The notes under the pieces: model-generated
Told to the model about the DNA's origin: nothing
The model's database searches: none
Seen by the model: the letters and a program-made list of their open reading frames with translations, nothing else
Position numbers and translations under genes: made by a program
Assembly (NCBI RefSeq): GCF_006345805.1
Contig: NC_043018.1
Span: 1,116,001-1,180,000 of the forward strand
DNA length: 64,000 bases
From: Octopus sinensis
Taxonomy: Eukaryota
Reading direction: 5' to 3'
Shown here: positions 48,506 to 62,773 of the stretch, in pieces
Layout: every line of letters begins with the position of its first letter
Position numbering within the stretch: position 1 is the stretch's first letter

Positions 48506-49604
48506 AAAGTATGTGTGTATGTGTGTGTGTTGTGCATATGTTTGATCTGTGACACTGGATAATGTAGGTTGTGTAAATTTACACGGAGAAGACAAGAAGT
48601 AACGACTATTAACACAGAACACATTTCCATTCTGTGCCAGCCTGCGGTTTCTAATACATGTCTTGTCGGCGACAGCTTCCTGATTCACTTCTGACAGTCA
48701 GGAAGCCACAATGATTCTACTCATAACCACATGAAATAATTATAGCAGAACAGAATTGATAATGAAAAAGGAAATAAGAAATCCAAGAATGCAATTACAT
48801 GGAAGTTTGATGAAAATTTATTATGAGTAGGAAGAAGCATATAATATGACTATTATACGAGTAGTATATATATATAATATATATATACATACATATTGGA
48901 AGGTTTGGAGATGATGTACAGGTATTATATATTAGAAGAAATGAGGTAATCAGAAGATCGGATGGTTCATATTTACAGATATTTATTTATATATTACATA
49001 TTTTATATATATATCATATCACTTAGATCATTAGCGCTTTCTCCCATTCTAGTATGGTTTTCAAATCAAAATATATAATATATATATATATATATTATAT
49101 ATATATATTTATGTTAATGTTTAGCAGAAGTAACAGAGTGATTGACGGTCGATAGTTTCGTGCGTTGGCGGCACGAAACACTCGAACCTTGAGTCAGTCT
49201 GTAACTTCTTTCACATACTAATATAAAACATACATACACTCATATTTTGTGTTGTATTATATATATAATATATATATATAATCCAAACAGTTATATTTTC
49301 TGACAGACACACGCTCGTTGCATCACTTTCGGGAGCACTGCCACTAAGTTTCCTCGCAAAGCTTTTCATGTGTCTTTTTGTACATAGGCTTTTTTATGGA
49401 TACCACACTTCTCTTGCAAGTAAGAAACCTCATCGTGCTCAGTTTTGAAATTCTCCATTGTATTCGAAATGTTAAAGGAGTAGGCTGCAGTCATACATTT
49501 ATGTAAGTCGAAAAGATCCAGGAAAACAGAGCTCATAATTATGAAAATGAGGTGGTGACAGGGCAGCAACCGAAAATATCGTTTAATTTCTTAGAAAAAA
49601 ACAA

Positions 49605-50002
49605 AGACTAGGGTCTTGTCCCAAACTTTGGCATTCAAAGTTACCCAACTGCTGAACAGGGCGCCATTGCATGGTGCCAAACATCCCATCATCACCATCA
49701 AAATATCAAAATACAGGACCAGATACTGACTGTATCAGCTTGGGTTTCAAAGGACCATAGCTCTTCAATACCCTTCCTAAATGTCTGAGAGACCTGCATG
49801 GTGTGGATGTGGGTTTTTTTTAAAACTAAACTGGATCTCTTCTTGTCAGGGGTCCCAGATGAACCTACCTCTCGGCAGGAAACACAGATACGGACAGCGG
49901 CATCGAACTCCCTTGTTGATCAAGTGTACGTATCAGAGGTGATTTCACATACTAGTGTAGCTCATTCAACGCTGGTGGCCCAGTATGGCCGCAGCTGAAA
50001 CA
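49605..50002 (+). mobile_element. CR1/L2-group LINE 3' fragment
   Basis: GLVPNFGIQSY..GRHCMVP..LGFKGP*LFNTLPKCLRDLHGVDVGFFKTKLDLFLSGVPDEP..AASNSLVDQ, typical of a post-RT C-terminus. Confidence 0.75.
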
Positions 50003-51024
50003 TTTTTAAGGATTTAAACACGGGAAAATGACAAATATGTTGTTGTACAAACGTTTAGAAATGAAGCACAAGTCAAAGGAATTTGACAGGCAAACAAAAT
50101 GCAAGAGGTTGCAGTTTTAAGCAGGCTATATTTTGGCATGTTACTATGGAAACTGACATGAATATGTCTGGCTTTCGATTGGATAAATTTACCACAATGT
50201 CCAAAAATTAAAAGCAATTATCTTACAATTTGTTAAATTTTTGCAAACATGAATTTCGGTTCCATAATTAGCGTACCTTACTACATCTGTACACCGAACT
50301 TGAAAACAATTACAACCAAATTATAAGAATTGAAAACCGTGACAGTCACAGAAACAACCACACTTTCTCCTCTGCATATACACACATCCATACATACACA
50401 CACACATAAAAACACGTACATATATACATATATACATACATATATATATATGTATGTGTGTGGTTGTTGTGTGTGTGCGTGTGTACATGCGTATGTATGT
50501 ATGTATATTTATTTATTGTACATTCTCACACAAAAGAAAAACGAAATGAAAAATGGAGGCAGTAAGTTTTCGCCCTAATCGTGAATTCAAAAGTTCGACG
50601 AATATTTCAGCGTAGAATGATGAAGCATCAAATATGTTCTGAAACCATACCTTGTAATAGTTGTAATGTACGATATTTATGTAAATAACGGCGTACACGG
50701 CATCGCTAGTGAAGTCACACGGTGGGGGGTGCGTATAAAGTACATCTATAAGATAATGCAAGCCACAACAGAAAACTTCTCAAAGCATCAGGTTGCACCA
50801 GTTCGACATAAGCAAATTTCCATCTACCCTTGGATGTAACCCATTGGCATGAATGTAACAGGGAAATCGAAAGCGTGGGTAGATCAATTATGTTGTCGAA
50901 TAAAGTAGACTTTAGAAATGGTAATGTTCTGACGTATAAGGAATTGTTGACCAAAGATTGTAGATTACGTTTGCAAGATTCTTTATGCGAGTTCGTGTGT
51001 TGAAACAAATTTTGTTTATATTAA

Positions 51025-52235
51025 TATTGGTTTCAAATTTTGGTACAAGGTTAGCAATTTTGGGAGAGGGGTAAGTTGGTTGCCTTGACCTCAGTGTTCA
51101 ACTGATACTTGTTTTATCAAACCTGAAAGGATGAAAGGGAAAGCCCACTTCGAACGAATTTGAACTCAGAAAGTAACGACGGGCGTAGTGCCGCAAAAGC
51201 ATTTAGCCTGGAGTGATAACTATTCTGTCAGCTCACTACCGTATCATTAATATTAATAACACACGCGCCGGTTCAATTCCACTCTGTTTTTTATTTGTCA
51301 ATTATCTGAATATCTTTCCAACTAACTAACCGATCGCATTTTTAACCTGTTGGTTAAACACTTGCAGATGACGATCAAAAACATACACGAGAAAACAAAC
51401 TAAATACAACTGAGTGTTCCACCGACAAGTTAAACAAATCATCGATTAGTTAGCTGGGTAGACATATTTAACTTGGTGAAATAGTCAATCGTGTCTTTGT
51501 TTCCTTTTCGTCAAAGTTCTATTGTTGCCATTCGCAAACTGTTTAATCAAAGAGTTAAACAAACAATTGATTAGTTTGTTGGGTAGGTATTTAACTAATA
51601 GAAGAATAATAAAGGAGGGAAATTGAACCGGTGGGTGTCTTATCAATATTGGCGTAATGGCTCTCCCTAGACACAGCAAAATTATAGATTGGAGTAAAAC
51701 AACAAAGGCAAATAATAGAGAACAGTTAAGTGGCAATCTGAAACCATCAATGATCGTGCCGACACTCCATAGAAAAAGTGTATATTAATTACATATGTCG
51801 AGGCCGAATAGAAAAAAATGGACGATATTTACAAAGAGACCGTCTACTCAATGTTATAAGCTTACTTTCATACAGGTGATTTTAAATTTCTTTGTCTTAC
51901 TCCTACTAAACTGCATTATTTAGACAGTTAACAATTAAATTATCTTCAATGATTATATTAATTATCGGTTTTACTTATATATTCTTAAACTTTATGTCAT
52001 TAATAAGAAAGTAATGCTATGATAGTGTTCTGAGTCATAATTAATCTAGTTTCTTAGGGCAGACACTCGTTTTCTTTCTTCTTTCTTATTATTTAAGAAA
52101 AGCTACACAGCGAGCTGGTAGAAAAATTAGCACGCCGGGCGAAATGCTGAGCGTTATTTCACCTGTCTATACGTTCTGAGTTCAAATTCTGCGGCGGTCA
52201 GTTTTGCCTTTCATCCTTTCGGGATCGATTGAATA
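51025..52235. mobile_element. Degenerate SINE B copies (51025-51240 minus; 52105-52235 plus)
   Basis: Family B core similarity. Confidence 0.65.
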
Positions 52236-52474
52236 GGGGATCTTTTCCTTTTCGTGGGCGGCTCGCTTAACTAATTTTCTTTAACTAAACATTTTGAAAC
52301 TCGTAGACTGTGTCATATAGAACATCTTTTACTCTTAGCGTTGTTGAGAAAAAAATTCTATTTTCGAAGTTATTTCGTGTTAAAATTGTCGTAATTCGGT
52401 AATTTCAACCAATCAATAACGTGTATTCAGCTGAATAAAATTTCTCTTCCCAGACACATCAGTATATATATATA

Positions 52475-52512
<38 letters not shown>

Positions 52513-52599
52513 TGCTTTTCCTTTCGAAAAATTATATTACTGCTTCGATGTGCTCAGGTTGAACCTGAGATGCTAGATTATAAATAATATAATCATCAA

Positions 52600-53515
52600 T
52601 ATATAATTTCGAGAAGAAACAAAAATTGGATAATAGTTTTGTATTTATGACAGGCATTAATACAACACATACATTAAAACATTCAGAACATATTATTTAT
52701 TAGAAATAAAAATTATATGAAATAAAATTACATATGAAAATATAAGCAAAACCAAAAAAATCCAGATATGCAGTGACATAGCGAATCTAAGAAAACCTTA
52801 TTAAAAATTTAAATTAAAAATTTAGAATTAAAAATTATATATGACAAGTTTGAATTACGTTGACAGCAGTGAGAAAACTTAATCAGCAGTTTAAAATTCA
52901 GAGATATATATTTATTTTAAGTGTTCTAAAAATATATATAATTGGTTATAATAACACGTAAGAGGTATTTTACAGTCGTTTGAGGAGACTATTTGTCCTG
53001 ATAAGGTGTCAATTTAATACATCACGTATAGACAGTGTCTCCTTCATCAGGAAAATAGCGAGTAAGGTTCGAAAGAAAATACAGAGTAAAGAAATTTCAC
53101 TTAAGGCTACAAAATGCTGGCCACCATTTATAGGGTTAGATATTGAGTATTTTAATATCGACCTGGCTAGGCATGATGGGAAATCAGAAATTTAAAGAAA
53201 TTATAAATCCCTCATTAAAATTTCTCATTGCCGTCATTGTAATTTCTAACCTTTAGTTTTTAATTCTAAATTTTTAATTTTCAATTTTTAATAAGGTTTT
53301 CTGAGCTTCGCAATATCGCTCCATATCTCGAAATTATTCTTGCTTCTATTTTCATGTGTAAGTTTATTCCATATATTTCTTATTACTATTATATTCTTAA
53401 ATAATATATTTAATATGTTCTGAGTGTCTTAATGTATTTCTGTATTAATGTATGTCATACGTATAAGATTATTTTCTCAGTTTTGTTTCTTCTTCAAATT
53501 TTATTATTTACCATA
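52600..53515. mobile_element. Old AT-rich fold-back element with ~250-bp diverged arms
   Basis: agaaaaccttattaaaaattt..aattaaaaatttagaattaaaaa versus tttttaattctaaatttttaattt..aatttttaataaggttttct; cagaacatatt / aatatgttctg. Confidence 0.6.
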
Positions 53516-54097
53516 AATATATTTATATATATACACACATACATTCACACATATACACAAAAGCACACTCACATACACAAATATATGTATATATATGGGT
53601 GTGTGTGTGTGTGTACGGAAATTCTATTACAATAGTTACCTTAGTGAAAGAATGAATAGAATCAAATCAAATTTCGCTAAATTTTGCTTCCAGTTTCCGT
53701 CGTTTTAAAAGAGGATTAAATCCTGATGTAAGAGAAACGAACATATTTGTGTAGCTTATTATTTAATGAGAATCTTTTCTGGAATTTTTATGTGCTGATC
53801 TTAGAAAATTCCCATGGCATTGTTAGTCGGCCATATTCTGACGTCTATTACGATGTAGTAGCTATATTTGTCTGTCAGCTTATCAAAATTTTCCTTGCTT
53901 TCAATATGGGACGAATTGTGAAAGTTACAATGACGAAAAAAAACCTATTTTATCGAGTATTGTACAAATGTTCATGATCGATACCTGTTGTATATATGAC
54001 CGAAGTGGGATTTAGGGAAATTAAAATGTGTCTGTCAAATTTCAATTTCTAAAGGCAAATTCTCAGCAGTTACCGTGGAGGAACAAAAATAATACAG

Positions 54098-54270
<173 letters not shown>

Positions 54271-54371
54271 TATACATACTTACATGTATACACGCACACA
54301 CAAACACATAAACACGCATATGTATGTACATATATATATATATATATATATGTGTGTATAAATGTGTATAT

Positions 54372-54421
<50 letters not shown>

Positions 54422-54534
54422 GAGTTCTTTATATGTAAATATGTTGTGAGAATTTACAAAACAAAAATCAAATGACTAACACGGGTGTGTAAACAACAAA
54501 CAGATGTATTAGTTTAACGCTCGGGAAGTGATAA

Positions 54535-54577
54535 AGTCTTTTCACGCTTCGAACCTAAGCTCTTCTACAGAAAGGAA
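54535..54577 (-). ncRNA. Second H4 hammerhead-like copy (CUGUAGA), degenerate
   Basis: Reverse complement reads cttt CTGTAGA A GAGC ttag GTTC GAAGC GTG aaaagac. Confidence 0.45.
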
Positions 54578-54926
54578 CAGAAATAATCAGGGAGAGAAAA
54601 TAAAAATGGGGAGAGAATATTTTAAAAAAAGTTTTAGTGATTGTGTGTGTGTATGTGTGTGTGTGTGTGTGTGTATTCCTATCTACATAAGTTTCCGTTG
54701 ACACTCCATGCATCTTCCTCATTGACTCACAGTGTATTAGATCTATTTCTGATGAAGCTTTAATTGCTATCTTCTCCTAATGTCACTATGAACTAACATA
54801 ATTCTTCTGATTGGTAACCTTGTCAGAAACAAACATACACTCAAATAAATGCACCATACACGTATCTGTACATGTGCATATACATATAAAATATATATAT
54901 ATATATATTATATATATAATATATAT

Positions 54927-55015
<89 letters not shown>

Positions 55016-55069
55016 CGTAGATGAATTGTTAGCACTTTCGTGCTGTATTTTTTGTAGCAGTTTTCGGGG

Positions 55070-56260
55070 ATGTTTTTGTCGGTGGTGTTCATGATGTTGC
55101 TGATGAATGTGTTTGTTTGTTTGTGGTGTTGTTGTTATTGTTCCTGTTTTTTACATTATTATTATCTGCTTTTTTGTGTGTGTGTGGGGGTGGGGTGTAT
55201 GTGTGAAGAAAGTCATGTGGATAATATTGAGGTTTATTTTGTGTTTTTCTTTTTTTCTAGTTACTGCTGTTATTTCTATGGTGGTATTGGTATTGGTGAT
55301 GTTGTTGCTGTTGTTATCAATGTTGTTGGTGTGGCTTGTGATGTTGAAAGTGGTGGTGGTTGTGGCGGTAGTGTTGGTAGTCATGGTGATGGTGATGGCG
55401 GCGCCGGCGGCGGTAGTGGTGGTGATGGCGGCGGTGGTGATAGTGTTGATGGAGGGCTGCGGCGGCGGTGATGATCCTGGTGGTGGCGGCGGCAGCGGTG
55501 ATGGTGGTAGCGGTGGCGGCGGCGGCGGTGGTGTCCATAATAAAATGCGTTGCTGCTGCTGCTTTTTGTTCCGGCACATATAGGTGGCGTTGGTGGTATG
55601 CTTACTGCTGCTTATTTTTGTCGATGGCGGAGACGTCGACGAACAGTAGGATTATGATGGGGGGATCAGTTTAAGGATGATTAGGACGATGAGGATGAGG
55701 GGAGAGGGATAGTAATGAGGACGATGAGGATGCGGTGAGTGATTGTCCTGCTGACAATAATGATGTTGATGGTGGTAATAATGATGATGATGATTTGGAG
55801 GAGGAGGTTGGGAGGAGGAAAAGGATGGTAACGATGATGATGGTGATGATGGTGAAGATGTTGATGATGATGGTGACGATAACGATAATGTTGAGGAAGT
55901 TAATAATGATGATGATGATGTCCTCGTCAGTGAATCCGGGCCATTCGGGGCTAACACCTTAATTTGTTTCCTGGAAAAAATAAACCCCAGCACTTCAATT
56001 ATTTTGCTCTCCTGCTTATTATTGTAACTACATTTGGCATCGTCTGTGATGACGCTGACGATGATGATTACGATTATCATAATGATTATCATGATGAAAG
56101 CGAAGGCGAAGATGATGATGATAAGGATGATAATGGCGATGATCATGATGATCATGATGATGATCATGATTATGATTAGGATCATTATGATAGTGGTAAT
56201 GATGATGATGATGATATTAGCGATGCTGTTGGTAATTATGGGGTTAGTAGACGTGGGGAA

Positions 56261-56299
<39 letters not shown>

Positions 56300-56326
56300 A
56301 ACGACGACGACAACGACGATGATGAC

Positions 56327-56368
<42 letters not shown>

Positions 56369-56420
56369 AGTGATGATGATGATGATGATGATGATGATGA
56401 CGATGATGATGATGATAGTG

Positions 56421-56451
<31 letters not shown>

Positions 56452-56650
56452 GGATAATGATGGTGATGATGAAGTGGAGGAGGAGGAGCAGGATATTGGT
56501 GTTAATATTGGAGGTCGTGCTACTGTTTGTGATTGTTGTGATGGTGCAGTTGATAGTGGGGATAGGAACATACTTTGTACTGGTGGTGGTGTTGGTGGTG
56601 GTTGTGTGGAATGGTAATTGTGGTGCTGGTGATGGTCGGGGTAGTGGTGG
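55070..56650. repeat. Mosaic of trinucleotide repeats (GGT/GGC/GAT/GTT)
   Basis: Direct reading; explains the poly-M/D/G/H ORFs. Confidence 0.85.
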
Positions 56651-57323
56651 TACTGACGTTCCTAATAACGATCATCTCCTTCATATTACCGTTGCACTAT
56701 TTTTTTTGTTTCTTCAAAAAATTTGTACACTTTGTTATTGTTACTGTTTTTTAATCATATCGATAGTTATCGCTATTAAAAATTACAAAAATAAAAAATC
56801 AAAGAAATAAACACACGCACACAAAAAAAAAAAAATGTCACCGTATCCGCCCCCCAGTAACAAGTACCATCTGTGAATTGATGTCACATCCAAAAGGCGA
56901 GGGTTAACACAAACCCTGCTATTATTTGCTATAAAACATTTCCCTTTTTCCTGTTAACTGCCGTCATATTTTTTTATTCTTTCTCTAAGGCTCCTTTTCA
57001 TAGAATATCTTTCATCAAAAGAACATTAATGCCAAAGCATCTAGAAGAAGGTGTTACCAATTCTGCTGCCATTAACATTTTATATTTTATAAACTTCAAG
57101 GTCATGTTGGCCTTAAGTAAGGGGCATTAGCGCTTTATCTTTGAATATTTTTTCTTCACTCCCCTTATTTAAAATATTAATCAATATTCACATACATACG
57201 TACACACATGCCTAAAAAATTACGCACAAGTCTATAAGTATATACATATTCAGACATAAAATTACAATGTATATATGCATATATATGCTCACACACACAC
57301 ATAAGTATATGTATATATATTAT

Positions 57324-57361
<38 letters not shown>

Positions 57362-57460
57362 CCTGGATATACATATATACATACATACACACACACATAT
57401 ATATATATATATGTATATATCTATGTATATATATATATGCATGTATGTATATATATATAG

Positions 57461-57534
<74 letters not shown>

Positions 57535-57920
57535 ATAGATGTAGATATAGATAGATAGATTGATATACATAGATAGATTGATTGATACATGCATAGATAT
57601 AAATATATGCTTCTGTGTGTATATAAACGTATGCCTGTAATAAGTATGTGTGGATCTACGTATAAAAATATTGTACCTGTTTAATTATATACAGTAAGCC
57701 TCGAGAGTGACGTATATCTGTATAAAAATCTAGCATCGTTACAACGTCAATAAATCAAATAAAGTCAGATCATTTACCGTTTATTTCTTTTATATCCCTA
57801 CGTATCCATATCTCAGAAGTTATCTGCAGTGCGTATATATGTACATGCAGATAATACATACGTATGTGCATCTATGTACATAGGCGTGCATGCTCGTATC
57901 CATGTACGGCTAAATGCATG

Positions 57921-57973
<53 letters not shown>

Positions 57974-58032
57974 TTATATATATAAATACATACATACATA
58001 CATATATATAGGTATATATATAAGTATTATAT

Positions 58033-58079
<47 letters not shown>

Positions 58080-58217
58080 GTGTGTGTGTGTGGTGTGTGT
58101 GTGTGTGGTGTGTGTGGTAGGTATGTATGTGCGCATATTTGTATTTTCGTACGTGTTAGATATCCATATATTTCTTTTATGCTGGGTATGTGTTTTAATT
58201 TCATATATGTATATGCG

Positions 58218-58260
<43 letters not shown>

Positions 58261-58354
58261 ATATATATATTATATATATATATAATATATATATATATAT
58301 ACACGCGCCCACAAAACACATATATGTATACATACATACATATATATATATATA

Positions 58355-58397
<43 letters not shown>

Positions 58398-58884
58398 ATA
58401 TATATACATATATATATAGTGGGCTGCTTTCACTTTCTGCATACGAAATCTACTCGCAAACGTTTTGGTTTGCCAGAAGATATAGTTTTGAAGACACTTG
58501 TCAATCTTGTCACGCATTATGATGAACCAGGTGCAGTTTGGATGGGAATTGCATTTCGTACCACGCAGCCACGCCTGCACTTATAGTAACAAATGTATCA
58601 ATATTAGGATGAAACAATATAAACAACAACGATATGTGCACCAACAATATCAACTGCAAGAACAAAGACTGCACAGCGTTCACACCGACAGAAAGGAAAG
58701 CAAAACATTCGCAAAATATTCAAGAGCAGCTACGGCTTCCAACAATTCAATTAATAGTAACTATAGCTTTGGTAGCAAGAACAACATCATCAGGGAGAAA
58801 CGTCAACATTAGCATAAACAACAAGAAACGAAATAAGTGAGGCTTCAACTGTAACAGCTGTAATTTTAACAAATCTGTAACAAA

Positions 58885-59068
58885 AGACGTGGTTGTGTGG
58901 TAATAGGCTTGCTTCCTAAACACATGGTTCTAGGTTCAGTCCCACTGCGCCGCACCTAGGGCAAGTGTTTTCCACGAAATCGTCGTGCCGATCAAAGCCT
59001 TGTCAGCGAATTTGGCCGTAGTAAACCGTAAGAATCATGTCGAATACGTGCATGCATACATATAAAAT

Positions 59069-59123
<55 letters not shown>

Positions 59124-59480
59124 ATATATTATATATATATATATATATAATATATATAATATATGTATGTATGTATGTGTGTATGTATATACTATATATA
59201 TATATACACATGCACACACAGATACACACACACACACAGACACATATATATATACATATATAACGGCTGTTATCTTTGCATTCTAGAATTTCTCAACCAC
59301 TGCTTGGCAACCGGTGTATCTGTGTTTATGTCTCCGCTACTTAGTATTTCGGCGAAACAGACGGATGCAATAAGTACCACTCTGACCAAAATAGTACTGA
59401 GTGCCATTCATTTGATGAAATATTCTTCAAGGCGGTGTGCTCCAGCATGGCCATAGACTATTGACTGAAAGAATTAACAG
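58885..59480 (+). mobile_element. Degenerate SINE A with expanded internal microsatellite
   Basis: Head ggttgtgtggtaa..ggttcagtcccactgcg; tail aaggcggtgtgctccagcatggcc. Confidence 0.7.
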
Positions 59481-59847
59481 ATAAAAGATAACTGCTGCTA
59501 TAAGGACGAATATGACAAGATTGGAATTAAATGAACCCAGATGTGGGGTTGTTTTGGCAATATCGACCTCGTTTTCCCTCCTCAGTTATTAATAATCTTA
59601 CAGCGTTGAGATGACAAAAATAAATAAATAAATAAAAAAGAGACCACATCTTTTCACCGGACGTACTAGTAATAGCAAGTGTATGTCTCTTTAATTCTTG
59701 TTTACGGTTTTGTATAGAAGAAGGATATATATTGTGTTCATTGATATAAATAAATATCTGAAACATAAAATAAAGTTTTAAAAAAATAAATAATAATAAT
59801 TTAATAATAATAATAATAATAATCATAATAATAATAACAACAACAAC

Positions 59848-59881
<34 letters not shown>

Positions 59882-59898
59882 TAATAACAACAAAAACC

Positions 59899-59929
<31 letters not shown>

Positions 59930-59966
59930 CAACAATAATAATAATAATAATAACAACAACAACAAC

Positions 59967-60021
<55 letters not shown>

Positions 60022-60399
60022 TTAATAATGATAATAATAAAAATGAACGGACAGACATGTCTAGAATGGCTTTGATCATAAATTTGTTTTGATCATAGAT
60101 TTACTGAAGTTAGTCATCGTCGTCGTCCTCTTCGTCATCGTCATCATCATCATCATCATCAATAACAAGAGCACTAACAACCCCGCCGCTATTAGCAACA
60201 ACAGCAACAACAACAGCTGAAGCAACAACAACAACTAAAATAACAGCAGAAAATACGTTCTGCGCTAAAACCACCGCCAGAGTGAATATCATCTGGTGGG
60301 AAATATGTTGTTTATCTCTGTCGCAAGTTCTGAACGATATTTTAATCGTGGCGAGGAGATTTTGTTTGTATTGACCTCATGGTATCACTGCTATCAATT

Positions 60400-60890
60400 C
60401 TGTGGTCAGCCTGTAATGACATGCATAAGATCTGGTCATCAAATCTAAGTAGAAACTTCAAACTTGAAATATTCAAAGCCACAGTCGAACCAATTCTACT
60501 ATATGGCTCAGAAACCTGGACGTTATCAAAGAAGCTTGAGAGGCGGTTGGATGGAACCTACACTCGCCTCCTTATGAGAGCTCAAAAAGCGACATCCAAC
60601 CAAAATGCAAATATATGGGAAACTACCACCTGTGTCATCTCTTGTGAAAGGTAGGAGAGTCCAGTTTGCTGGACATTGTTGTAGAGCTGAAAAAGAAGTA
60701 ATTTCTACTCTTCTCCTCTGGAAGCCATCTACTCGCAATACCAGAGGGCGCACACTCTCCTACCCTGATGTAATCTCCAGGGATACAGGCATCCAGCAAC
60801 AGGACCTCCGTAATGCTATGATGGACCGTGAAGTCTGGCGTAACATAGTAAATTCCATTGTCTCGACCACGGTCGAACAATGATGATGAT
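60400..60890 (+). mobile_element. RTE-clade LINE 3' fragment with (TGA)n tail
   Basis: IWSSNLSRNFKLEIFKATVEPILLYGSETW...RRVQFAGHCCR...DREVWRNIVNSI* followed by tgatgatgat. Confidence 0.85.
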
Positions 60891-61059
60891 CACTGCTATT
60901 TATTCAAACAGAATCAAGGTACTGCCACGTCGATTGTGATTGGCATTTGACAGAGAAAGTGGTATACTTTTGCATTCATTCTGCCCGAGAAAATAATACG
61001 TAAATGCCATCGATATGTCGTAAATAAGTGACAACCGTCTAAAATACGATAGATCTTTC

Positions 61060-61339
61060 TAGTGATTGTTTGTTTCAGTCATTAGACAGCGGCCATGATT
61101 TGGCCCCACTTCGAATGTTTAGCAGAATGAGTCAACCCCAGGACCATTTTTTCCTGTTAAATTCCGGTACTTGTTCTGTCGTTCTATTTTGGCAAATCGC
61201 TTAGGTACGGCTCCGTATGCACACCAAAACCGGCGACCAAGTAATAGTGGGGACAAACAGAAACAGAAAGGCGCTCAGATACACAAATACACACAGAGAC
61301 TCACCCCCCCCCCCACACACACACATACACACACACACT

Positions 61340-61412
<73 letters not shown>

Positions 61413-61575
61413 CATGATGGGCTTCTTTCAGTTTCCGTATACGAGATGCACGCATAATGCTTTGGTCGGCCCGATGCTGTGGTAGAAGACACCTATCCAA
61501 TGTGTCGCGTAGTAGGACTCACCTCAAAGTCACGTGGTTTTGAAGAAAATTCCTTACCACGCACCCGCACCTGCA
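61060..61575 (-). mobile_element. Degenerate SINE A
   Basis: ttctttcagtttccgt..ctttggtcggcccga..agaagacac similarity. Confidence 0.65.
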
Positions 61576-62406
61576 TAGAAAATGGGTTTTTTTTTAATAT
61601 CATAATAATAAAATCAGGCAGAAAGACTGCTTCAACAAATTAGGACTTAAGTCATTTAGCAAAAAAACTTAGAAGACTAAAAATTACAAACGTGGACATG
61701 TTAGAGCTACAGAATCTTTAATCATACGGTCAGAACGAAACCAAAGGAAAAAAGAACGAAAGATTCAAAATCTATGTATTTCAACCAGGATTAACCAAGA
61801 TGGCAGATTTTGCGGATAACTTGACTTTAAAGAAGGTATACCATTCTTGAAATAAAATCGAATAATTCTTTTCCTGAGGCCTTGTAAAAGGGTTTCAAGA
61901 ATTCCTACCATAATTTGTAGTACAGTCGTCGGTAAATAATTGTTTAGACTTCTGAAAGAACGTTACGCAAATTAGCTTGATTTCTTACATTTCGTGTCAG
62001 TAAGAAGACTTTACGTAAATCATAAGATATGCATCGAAAAACAATTATTTTTCCTGCCACAAAAGACTGGAATTATTATTATTTTTTTTATTCTTCTCAA
62101 ATTTCCCTTAACTTATTTCTGGCACTTCCTCAGCTATACTGCTTGTTGATAATTTCAATATATCATCTGGAATCTGACAATAGCTAACATCGTGTGGTGC
62201 TATGAAAAGAGATTGTTTACACAGAATAATAGAAATATATCTTCTGAATCTTGTCACAGCACTCACAGATGTTGGTAGTAAAAGGATGAAAGTACTTGCA
62301 ATAAATACCAAAAACAGATTCAAAAACATTAAATAAATTGCTCTAGCTCAGCTAGGAGCGAATTGACTAATGTATATTTACACACACATACATATGTATG
62401 TATATA

Positions 62407-62472
<66 letters not shown>

Positions 62473-62485
62473 GTATGTATGTATG

Positions 62486-62516
<31 letters not shown>

Positions 62517-62538
62517 GTATGTATGTCTATATATATAT

Positions 62539-62569
<31 letters not shown>

Positions 62570-62773
62570 ATATATATATGCAGATATATACGAACACAGA
62601 CGCTCACACGCACATAACTATTCATTATCTATATATCATTTTGTCTCTTTGTCTGTCACACACTCTCTCTCTCTCCCTCCACACATATATGTACATACTT
62701 AATAATGTATATATATGCATATATATGTCTACACAGACACGCACGCACACACACACACACTCACATGTACATA

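Noticed and set aside
56840-56940. GC-box plus TATAAAA as a promoter
   Set aside because: Short motifs are expected by chance; no linked gene or TSS evidence.
58440-58880. Cys-containing fragments suggestive of a PAN/apple domain
   Set aside because: Interrupted by stops in all frames and no full cysteine pattern; cannot be supported without a search.
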